NCBI GenBank assembly: GCA_041483195.1
Contig: JBGPFC010000029.1
Span: 1-52,751 of the forward strand
Source of the DNA: Candidatus Eiseniibacteriota bacterium
Lineage (GTDB): Bacteria; Eisenbacteria; RBG-16-71-46
DNA length: 52,751 bases
Direction: 5' to 3'
The notes below the pieces were generated by a model. The model was not told the origin of the DNA and ran no database searches. It worked only from the letters and a program-made list of their open reading frames with translations. Made by a program: the position numbers and the translations under genes. The stretch's first letter is position 1, and every line of letters starts with the position of its first letter. Below, piece by piece: positions 21,616-29,377 of the stretch.

Positions 21616-22602
21616 GTGCGCGTCGCGGTCACCGGGGCGAGCGGGTACGCCGGCCGCGCGCTGGTCGCCGCGCTCGAATCCGCCGGGCACGACGTCAACG
21701 CGCTCGCGCGCCGCGAGACGAATCCGCCGGCGGCCGGAACGCGGAGGCGCGCGATCGTGGGCGACGTGCGATCGGCCGCCGCGCTCGACACGCTGCTCGA
21801 CGGCGCGGACGCGATCGCGCACCTCGCGGCGTGGGTGCATCGTCCCACGCGCGGCGCCGCGGCGCGGCGGGAATGCTTCGACGTGAACCTGGGCGGCACG
21901 CGGGCGCTGATCGAAGCCGCGTCGCGGCGCGGCGCAGCGCTCCCGATGGTGTTCGTGAGCACGGTCGCGGTGTACGGCGCGCGCTTCGAGCGCGCGAGCG
22001 AATCGTCGCCGACCGCCCCGGCCACGCCCTACGCTGAGAGCAAGCTCGCCGCAGAAGCCGCCGTGCTGGGCGCGGCGCGCGTCGGCGTGCCGCGCGCGCG
22101 TGTGTTGCGTCCCGCCGTGATCATCGGTCCCGGCGCGCCCGGCAACGTCGAGCGCCTGGTGCGCTGGCAGGCCCGCGGCGCGGTGCCGCTGCTCGCGTCG
22201 GGCGGCGGCGCGAAGAGCGCGGTCCACGTGGACGATCTCGCCGCCGCCATCGTTCGCGCGCTGACGCTGCCGCCGGGCGAGGGCCGCGCGATCTACAACA
22301 TCGCAGCCGAGCCGCCGATCACCGCGCGCGAGATGGTCGAGTGCCTCGCGCGGGGCGCGGGGCGCGCGCCGCGGATCGTCGCGGTGCCCGATCCGCTCGC
22401 CGATCTCGCGGGCCTGCTGGGCGCCGCCGCGGCGTGGCTGAGCGGCGGAACGATTCCCGATCTCGCGCGGGCGCTCGCGTTGCTGCGCGCGCCGTGCACG
22501 GTCGACGCCTCCGCCGCCGCGCGCGAGCTGGGCGTGAGATTCCGCCCGCCCGGCGAGGCGCTCGAAGCGATGGGGCGGGGGGCGGCCGGCGCTCAGGGGT
22601 GA
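21616..22602 (+). CDS. NAD-dependent epimerase/dehydratase family protein
   Basis: VTGASGYAG, HLAA, STVAVYG and YAESK motifs. Confidence 0.9.
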   Translation: MRVAVTGASGYAGRALVAALESAGHDVNALARRETNPPAAGTRRRAIVGDVRSAAALDTLLDGADAIAHLAAWVHRPTRGAAARRECFDVNLGGTRALIEAASRRGAALPMVFVSTVAVYGARFERASESSPTAPATPYAESKLAAEAAVLGAARVGVPRARVLRPAVIIGPGAPGNVERLVRWQARGAVPLLASGGGAKSAVHVDDLAAAIVRALTLPPGEGRAIYNIAAEPPITAREMVECLARGAGRAPRIVAVPDPLADLAGLLGAAAAWLSGGTIPDLARALALLRAPCTVDASAAARELGVRFRPPGEALEAMGRGAAGAQG

Positions 22603-24303
22603 TCAGCGCGGCGCGGGCAGCGTCGAGTGGCCGAGGTGGCAGCCGACGCAGCGCGCGGTGTCGCCCGCGCGGCCGGCGTTGAGCCCCGCGACGTGGGCCG
22701 GCGCGTGTGCGCTGCGCAGCACGCGCCCCGCCGAATCGGTCAGCTGCTCGAACATCGGCGTGCCGGCCGGAAGCCCGCGCACGTCCACAGCGCCGGATGG
22801 CGAGACGCGCTCCTCGCGCAGCAGCACCGCGGTGTCTCCGCCGCCGGCCTCGGGGCGCGCGAGCGTCGCGAAGAAACGGATGCGCGCGTCGCGCGTGCGC
22901 GGGACCGACGCGCTATCGCCCGGCGCGGGTGCGCTCGAGAACACGTCGAGGTTCAGGAAGCGGAAGGTCGCGGCGGGCTGTCGCAGCGTCTCGATGCGCG
23001 TCGCGGGCAGCGCGGGCAACGGGAGCGGGGCGCGGGCCGCCGAGGACGCGCGCGCGCGCCAGGTGGCGGGCCACGGAACCACGGGCGCGGGGTCGAGCTC
23101 GAGCGTGCCGGGCAGATCCACCACCGGCGCCGGCCCCTCGCCCCGCGCGCCCGCCACCCACAGGCCGAAATCCCCGCGAGCGCCCGGGTCGAACGCGAAC
23201 ACGATGCGCCCGTCGGGGAGCGCCGCCGGCGAGCACGCGCCCGGCGCGGCCAGCCCGCCGGTGCCGCCGTACCCGCCTCCGGAATCGAGCGCCGCGCCCG
23301 CGATGCGGCGCGGCTTCTCGAAGCGGCGCGCGAACGACTGAAGCCCGAGCCGTCCGGGCGCCGGCGAGAGCCCGGTGTTCGCGGCCATCACGCCGATCAC
23401 CGTGCCGTCGGCGAGCGCGATCGGCTGGTACGCCATCGCGTCGCGCCTCGTGCGAAACCACCCGGCGGCGACCCGCGCGCCCGCGCCGTCCGGCGACATC
23501 TCCATCGCCTGCCAGACGTTCGCGGTGTCCGCGGGGATCGCGAGGTCCGGATCCGCGCTGATCCCCGAGGGCGTGCGGTCCGAGGCGCGCCAGCGATTGA
23601 ACCACCAGCGCGCGAACAACACGCGGCCGCGCGCGCCATCGAAGCTCGGCTCCTCCGCGCCGTTTCGTTCAGAGGTGAGCCGCCGCGGCGTTCCGCCCGC
23701 AACCTCGACGATGAACAGGTTGGTGACCGGAAGATCCGCGTATTGCGCGCGCTGCGGGAATCGCGTGCTCGCGAACACCAGCGCGCGGTCCGAGACCCAG
23801 CACGGATCGAGATCGTCGTACCGCGCGAAACGCCCCGCCTCGTCCCCGAGCGCCGCGAGCTCGAGCGCGCGATCGCTCCGGGTCGCGGCGCGCAGGCCCT
23901 GCCCGTCGATGCCGGCCACGTAGATGCGCCACGCGCTGTCGGGCGCGGGCGTGCCCGCGAACGCGACGCGGCGCGCGTCCGGCGAGATCGATGGATCGCT
24001 CACGTCCCACAGACTGCCGCGCGGCAGCAGCTCGCGCACCGCGCCGTTCGGGTCGCGGATCAGCAGCCGGCCACCCGGCGCGCTCGCGCGCTGCCGCGGC
24101 CCGAGCCCGGGGATCGCGCCCGCCGCGGCGTCGGGGAGCGGGAGGCGCGAGACGAACACGATCGCCGGGAGCGCGCCGCTCCGCGCGGGCGCGCCGCTCC
24201 GCGCGAGCGCGACGATCGCGAGCGCGGCGATCGCGAGCGCGGCGATCGCCGGCGCGACGATGCCGGGCACGAGCGCGCGGCGCCTGTTCCCGTCGAATCG
24301 CAT
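22603..24303 (-). CDS. Exported TolB/PD40-propeller protein with HzsA-like middle domain and one CxxCH
   Basis: N-terminal hydrophobic helix; DPSISPDARRVAF and YDDLDPCW...FASTR propeller repeats; PAGTPMFEQL...CVGCH at the C-terminus. Confidence 0.7.
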   Translation of the reverse strand: MRFDGNRRRALVPGIVAPAIAALAIAALAIVALARSGAPARSGALPAIVFVSRLPLPDAAAGAIPGLGPRQRASAPGGRLLIRDPNGAVRELLPRGSLWDVSDPSISPDARRVAFAGTPAPDSAWRIYVAGIDGQGLRAATRSDRALELAALGDEAGRFARYDDLDPCWVSDRALVFASTRFPQRAQYADLPVTNLFIVEVAGGTPRRLTSERNGAEEPSFDGARGRVLFARWWFNRWRASDRTPSGISADPDLAIPADTANVWQAMEMSPDGAGARVAAGWFRTRRDAMAYQPIALADGTVIGVMAANTGLSPAPGRLGLQSFARRFEKPRRIAGAALDSGGGYGGTGGLAAPGACSPAALPDGRIVFAFDPGARGDFGLWVAGARGEGPAPVVDLPGTLELDPAPVVPWPATWRARASSAARAPLPLPALPATRIETLRQPAATFRFLNLDVFSSAPAPGDSASVPRTRDARIRFFATLARPEAGGGDTAVLLREERVSPSGAVDVRGLPAGTPMFEQLTDSAGRVLRSAHAPAHVAGLNAGRAGDTARCVGCHLGHSTLPAPR

Positions 24304-24433
24304 GCGCCCGACGCTACACCGCGCGCGCCGGGGACGGGAAGCGCATCGACGCTCGAGGCTCGTGCTACACTCCCTCGCCGCGGCGCGCCTGCGCCCTCGC
24401 GCCCGCGGCCTCGCATCACTCCCGGAGCTCGCG

Positions 24434-24775
24434 ATGACCGAGATGCTGCTGGTGTTCACCACGTTCGCCCGCGAAGCAGACGCGGAGCGCGTGGTGCGCG
24501 TCCTGATCGAGGAGCGGCTGATCGCGTGCGGCAACCTGCTGCCTGGCGCCCGTTCGCTCTATCGCTGGGAGGGCGCGATCGCGGACCAGCGCGAGATCGT
24601 GGTGCTCATGAAGACCCGCAAGCAGGACTGGACCGCGCTGCTCTCGCGGCTCCACGAGCTGCATCCGTACCAGACCCCGGAATGCATCGCGGTGCGGATC
24701 GCGGCCGGCGCCCCCGCCTACATGGCGTGGCTCGAATCCGCGCTCGCCCCCGAGACGCCGGAGGCGCCGGCTTGA
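24434..24775 (+). CDS. cutA: Divalent-cation tolerance protein CutA
   Basis: LIACGN, SLYRWEG and HPYQTPE motifs. Confidence 0.93.
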   Translation: MTEMLLVFTTFAREADAERVVRVLIEERLIACGNLLPGARSLYRWEGAIADQREIVVLMKTRKQDWTALLSRLHELHPYQTPECIAVRIAAGAPAYMAWLESALAPETPEAPA

Positions 24776-25812
24776 TCGGCGCCGCGCGCCTGGTGCTCGG
24801 TATCGAGACCTCGTGTGACGACAGCGCGGTCGCGGTGCTCGAGAACGCGGCGACGCTGCGCGCGAACCTGATCGCCGCGCAGGACGTGCACCGCCTCTAC
24901 GGCGGCGTGGTGCCGGAGCTGGCCTCGCGCGCGCACCTCGAGCTGCTGCCGCGCCTGGTCGAGCGCGCGCTCGAGGAGGCCGGCATCGCGGCGGGCGATC
25001 TCACCGGCATCGCGGTGACGCGCGCGCCCGGCCTGGTCGGTTCGCTGGTGGTGGGGGTCGCTTTCGCGCGCGCGTACGCGCTCGCCCTCGGCATCCCGGT
25101 GACCGGCGTCAATCACATTGAAGCGCATCTGCACGCGGCGACCCTCGAGCACGGCGAGAGCCCGTGGCCGGCGGTCGCGCTCGTCGTCTCGGGCGGCCAC
25201 ACCGAGCTGGTGGGCGTGCGGGGCGTGGGACGATATCGCTGGCTCGGCAGCACGCGCGACGACGCGGCGGGCGAGGCGTACGACAAGGTCGCGAAGCTGT
25301 TGGGCCTGGGCTTTCCCGGCGGGCCGCCCATCGACCGGCTCGCCGCAGATGGCGATCCGCGCGCCTTCGATTTTCCGCGACCGATGCTGCGCGAGCCCGG
25401 ATTCGATTTCTCGTTCTCGGGGCTCAAGACCGCGGTCGCGCTGGTGGTGAGGACCCACGGCGCGCCGCCCTATTCCGAGACGCTGCTCCGCGACATCGCG
25501 GCTTCGTTCCAGGCGGCGGCCGTCGACTCGCTGGTCGAGAAGACCATGCGCGCGGTGGACGCGTTCGAAGCACGCGCGCTCACGCTGGGCGGCGGCGTCG
25601 CGTGCAATCGCGAGCTGCGCGCGCGACTCGCGCCCGAGTGCGCGCGTCGCGGCGTCATGCTCCGCGTTCCCTCGCCGCGACTCTGCGCCGACAACGCGGC
25701 GATGATCGCGCTGCTGGGCGCGTGGCAGCTCGCGAGCGGCGCGCCGGAGGACGACGCGCTCGAAGTGGCGGCCTCGCTCGAGGAATCGGGGCTGGCGCTC
25801 GAGAGCGCCTGA
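24772..25812 (+). CDS. tsaD: tRNA N6-adenosine threonylcarbamoyltransferase
   Basis: LGIETSCDD, GGVVPELASRAH, NHIEAH, VSGGHT, DDAAGEAYDK, DNAAMI; TTG start overlapping the cutA stop. Confidence 0.96.
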   Translation: MIGAARLVLGIETSCDDSAVAVLENAATLRANLIAAQDVHRLYGGVVPELASRAHLELLPRLVERALEEAGIAAGDLTGIAVTRAPGLVGSLVVGVAFARAYALALGIPVTGVNHIEAHLHAATLEHGESPWPAVALVVSGGHTELVGVRGVGRYRWLGSTRDDAAGEAYDKVAKLLGLGFPGGPPIDRLAADGDPRAFDFPRPMLREPGFDFSFSGLKTAVALVVRTHGAPPYSETLLRDIAASFQAAAVDSLVEKTMRAVDAFEARALTLGGGVACNRELRARLAPECARRGVMLRVPSPRLCADNAAMIALLGAWQLASGAPEDDALEVAASLEESGLALESA

Positions 25813-26002
25813 GCCCGGGGGGCGGGGCGCCCCGCCGCCGGTCAGCATTTGCCCGTCGAGCCGCACGGGTGGTTGCATCCTGCACCCCCCGGGGTGCGTT
25901 CCCCCGATCCGACCCGCCTCCGCCGCACGCGCAAAGCGTTGTCACTTCAGGCCGCCCGCCACCTGCGGCCCATCGAACGCGGGGCAGACCGGTGCCGCCG
26001 CG

Positions 26003-26018
26003 TGGCATGGGCCTTGCC
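26003..26018 (+). promoter_or_regulatory. Putative sigma54 (-24/-12) promoter
   Basis: TGGCATGGGCCTTGC matches TGGCACN5TTGC with exact GG-N10-GC spacing. Confidence 0.65.
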
Positions 26019-26078
26019 TGCCCGCTGGGTGTAACCCGTTTGCGCATCCCGTCTTCACGCCCTTTTCCGGAGCGAACG

Positions 26079-27050
26079 CTGATCCCCACCAAGTACCGCC
26101 TGCTCGTGGTGGAGGACGAACCCCACCTGCGCGAAGTCCTGCGTTTCCAGCTCGAGGCCGAAGGCTACGAGGTGGTCCAGGCATGCGACGGCAAGGAAGC
26201 GCTCGACGCCGCGCCGCAGACCATGCCCGACCTGATCCTGCTCGACGTCATGCTGCCGTTCTTCGACGGCTTCGAGGTGTGCAGGCGGCTGCGTCATTCG
26301 TTCGCGACGCGCCACATTCCGATCATCATGCTCACCGCGAAGACCGAGGTCGAAGGCAAGATCCAGGGCCTCGAGGGCGGCGCGAACGACTACATCACGA
26401 AGCCCTGGGAAAAGCGCGAGCTCATGCTCCGCATCCGCAACGTGCTCGACTGGAGCCGCACCCAGCGCTCGGCCAGCCCGCTCACCGGCCTGCCGGGCAA
26501 CCTCACGATCAACGAGGAGCTGCGCCGGCGGCTCGCGGAAGACGCGCCATTCGCGATGCTCCAGATCGACATCGACTACTTCAAGGCCTTCAACGACCAC
26601 TACGGCTACGCGCGCGGCGACCACGCCATCCAGACGCTGGCGCGCATCCTGATCGACAGCTCGCAGCGCTACGGCGGCGCCGGCAATTTCGTCGGTCACA
26701 TCGGCGGGGACGATTTCGTGGTGCTGACCTCCCCCGAGATGGCGGAGGCGCTCGGCGAAGAGATCATCGCGAACTTCAATCACGCCGTGAGCGCGCTCTA
26801 CGACGCGGACGACGTCGCGCGCGGCTTCGTCCAGGTCCCGAACCGCCAGCACAACGTCGAGCGCTTCCCGGTCATGAGCCTGACCATCGCGCTGGTGAGC
26901 ACCGACCGCATGCCGGTGTCGCACCTCGCCCAGCTCATCGACATCGCCCAGGAGCTCAAGGCGCACGGCAAGGGGATCGCCGGCAGCGTGCTGGTCGGCG
27001 AGCGCCGCCGGGTCGAGCCGGACTCGCAGTCGGGGCGGGACGTCGCATGA
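26079..27050 (+). CDS. Response regulator diguanylate cyclase (REC-GGDEF)
   Basis: VEDE, LLDVMLP, MLTAK and YITKP; SPLTGLPGN, DIDYFKAFNDHYG, HIGGDDF; likely CTG start after GGAG (alternative ATG 26007). Confidence 0.9.
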   Translation: MIPTKYRLLVVEDEPHLREVLRFQLEAEGYEVVQACDGKEALDAAPQTMPDLILLDVMLPFFDGFEVCRRLRHSFATRHIPIIMLTAKTEVEGKIQGLEGGANDYITKPWEKRELMLRIRNVLDWSRTQRSASPLTGLPGNLTINEELRRRLAEDAPFAMLQIDIDYFKAFNDHYGYARGDHAIQTLARILIDSSQRYGGAGNFVGHIGGDDFVVLTSPEMAEALGEEIIANFNHAVSALYDADDVARGFVQVPNRQHNVERFPVMSLTIALVSTDRMPVSHLAQLIDIAQELKAHGKGIAGSVLVGERRRVEPDSQSGRDVA

Positions 27051-29377
27051 GTGGGACGAACGACCTCGCGCACCCCCCGCCGGCCGCGCCTCCCGACGAA
27101 CGCGCGCTCTCGGGTGAGGGGCTCGCGATGCTGGCGCAGGCGATGCTGGCGCTGCGCAGCACCGGAGACCTCGGCACGGCGTGCGCGATCGCCGGCGCGT
27201 GCGCGCTCTCCGCGCTCGAAGCGTCGGACTATCGCCTGCTCCGCCTCGAGTCCCGCAGCGGGGCGCTGATGTGCCTCGATGGGACCGGCGTCGAGGCGCC
27301 GTACCTGCCCGAGCCCGATGGGCCGGCGGAGTGGGCGATGCGTCACGAGATGGCGGCGTTCGACGAAGGACTCACCGAGCCGAACGGGCTGCGCGAGGCG
27401 GCGCTCTGGCTCGAGCCGCCGCTGGCGCTCGCCAGCATCCCGCTCGTGTCCGCCGGCAATCTGTGCGGGCTGCTGCTGGTGGGCTTCGACGCGCCGCGGC
27501 GCTTCGGCTCGGCCTCGCGCCTCTTCCTGCAGACGCTGGGTGACGGGCTCGCGCTCGCGCTCGACCGCGCCGAGCTGCGGCGGCAGCTCGAGGACGAGCG
27601 CAAGCGCGTCCGCGTCCTCGAGAAGCGGCGTGCCGGCGACGAGGAGTCGTCTTCGAACCTCATGTCGGTCGTGGCCCACGAGATTCGCAGCCCGCTCACC
27701 GCGATCAAGGCCTACACCGAGGCGATGCTCGACAACCTGCAGAATCCGCACGCGCCTCGGGAACGGTTTCTCGGGATCATCAACGACGAGTGCGACCGGC
27801 TCACGCGCCTGGTGAGCGACATCCTCGATCTGTCGCGGCTCGAGGCGGGCCAGCGCCCGCTGCGGCTCGCGCGATTCGATCTCGAACGGCTCGTGCAGGA
27901 GGCGCTCGAGGGCCTGCTGCCGGCGGCGCGGGCGCGCAAGCAGCGATTCGAAACCCAGCTCGAGTCGGGGATGGTGGTCGAGGCCGACCCCGATCTGCTG
28001 CGGCGTCTGCTCGTCAATCTCGCGGGCAACGCCGTGAAATATTCGCCGCCCGGCGGCACCATCCGGGTGGGCGCGTCGCCGGAGGGTGACGAATGGGTGG
28101 GCTTCGTCGAGGACGATGGTCCGGGCATTCCGCCGGAGGATCTCCCGCACATCTTCGAGCGCTTCTTCCGCGCCCGGAACGCGCAGGACGAGGGCGAGGG
28201 CACGGGGCTCGGGCTCGCGATCGTGCGCGGCATCGTCGAGCTGCACGGCGGGCGCATCTGGGTGCAGTCGATCGAGCCCACCGGCACGCGCTTCTGCTTC
28301 TCGCTGCCGCTGCGCCAGCTCGCGTCCGGCCGCGCGCGACGCATCGCCCGCGCGATCTGCGCGCGTCCCGACATCGAGGAGCTGTTCGATCAGACGGTGG
28401 AGATGGTCGCCGCCTCGATGAACGCCGAGATCGTCTCGCTCATGCTGGTGGATCCCGATCATGGTGATCTCTTCATCGCCGCCTCGCGCGGACTCGAAGG
28501 GCAGAACCTGGTGGGGCGAAGAACCACGGTGCGCTCGGGCGTCGCGGGCTCGGTGGCGGCATGGGGCCGTCCGCTGCTCGTGAACAACATCGAGACCGAC
28601 CGCCGCTTCAGCCGCCTCAACCACCCGCAGTACAAGACGAAGTCGCTGCTGTGCGTGCCGCTTCGCGTCTCGGGCGAGGTGCTGGGGGTGCTGAACGTCA
28701 ACAACAAGATCTCGGGGGAGTCGTTCGACGACGACGATCTCTCGGTGCTCTCGGCGCTGGTCGAGCGCGTCGGGAGCGCGGTCGAGCGCGCGAGCGCCCA
28801 TCCGGAGAGCGAGCGCGTGGTGGAGGAGGCGCTCGAAGCGGTGCGCTCCGTGACGCGGCTGCGGCGCGACCGGTTGCTCGGGGTACGCGACCAGATCCAC
28901 ATGGCACGCGCCATCGCGCGCGAGCTGGGCATGGCCGAGAGCGATGTCGACCTGGTCGGCTACGTCGCGAGCATCCACGACGTCGGCATGACGCGGATTC
29001 GCGACCGCGTGGACCAGCCGGGCGTGCTGGACAACGCCGGGCGTGACGAGGTCGAGCGCCATCCCGAGATGAGCCTCGAGATCATGCGGGGCCTCGAGTA
29101 CCAGGGCATCGTCCGCGATCTGGTGCTCTCCCATCACGAGCGCTGGGACGGCAGCGGCTACCCGCGCGGCCTGAAGGGCGAGGAGATCCCGCAGGGCGCG
29201 CGCATCCTGGCCGTGGCCGACGCCTTCGAGAGCATGATCCGTGGCCGGCCCTACCGTGCCGCGCTCTCACGCGAGGCCGCGCTCTCGGAGCTGCGGCGCG
29301 AGTCCGGCAAGCAGTTCGACCCCGCCGTGATCGAGGCGTTCGCGCACGTCATGGTGCGCGAGGGCGAGGGCGCGTGA
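27047..29377 (+). CDS. GAF-HisKA-HATPase-GAF-HD-GYP hybrid protein
   Basis: VAHEIRSPL, NAVKY, DDGPGI, GTGLGL; GAF motifs CVPL...GVLNV; HDVGM, HHERWDGSGYP; ATGA overlap with upstream gene. Confidence 0.9.
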   Translation: MSGTNDLAHPPPAAPPDERALSGEGLAMLAQAMLALRSTGDLGTACAIAGACALSALEASDYRLLRLESRSGALMCLDGTGVEAPYLPEPDGPAEWAMRHEMAAFDEGLTEPNGLREAALWLEPPLALASIPLVSAGNLCGLLLVGFDAPRRFGSASRLFLQTLGDGLALALDRAELRRQLEDERKRVRVLEKRRAGDEESSSNLMSVVAHEIRSPLTAIKAYTEAMLDNLQNPHAPRERFLGIINDECDRLTRLVSDILDLSRLEAGQRPLRLARFDLERLVQEALEGLLPAARARKQRFETQLESGMVVEADPDLLRRLLVNLAGNAVKYSPPGGTIRVGASPEGDEWVGFVEDDGPGIPPEDLPHIFERFFRARNAQDEGEGTGLGLAIVRGIVELHGGRIWVQSIEPTGTRFCFSLPLRQLASGRARRIARAICARPDIEELFDQTVEMVAASMNAEIVSLMLVDPDHGDLFIAASRGLEGQNLVGRRTTVRSGVAGSVAAWGRPLLVNNIETDRRFSRLNHPQYKTKSLLCVPLRVSGEVLGVLNVNNKISGESFDDDDLSVLSALVERVGSAVERASAHPESERVVEEALEAVRSVTRLRRDRLLGVRDQIHMARAIARELGMAESDVDLVGYVASIHDVGMTRIRDRVDQPGVLDNAGRDEVERHPEMSLEIMRGLEYQGIVRDLVLSHHERWDGSGYPRGLKGEEIPQGARILAVADAFESMIRGRPYRAALSREAALSELRRESGKQFDPAVIEAFAHVMVREGEGA

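Noticed and set aside
24205..24250. Short tandem repeat GCGATCGCGAGCGCG
   Set aside because: It encodes the AIAALAIAAL hydrophobic helix and is not an array or mobile repeat
22603..24303. Anammox hydrazine synthase
   Set aside because: Only one CxxCH, and no hzsB/hzsC or other anammox genes in the window
22627..24771. Apparent 1061-aa N-terminally extended TsaD
   Set aside because: The extension overlaps the HzsA-like gene and cutA; a TTG start with RBS at 24772 explains tsaD
26560..26720. Hypr-type cGAMP-producing GGDEF enzyme
   Set aside because: The specificity position keeps Asp (YGYARGD), as in ordinary diguanylate cyclases
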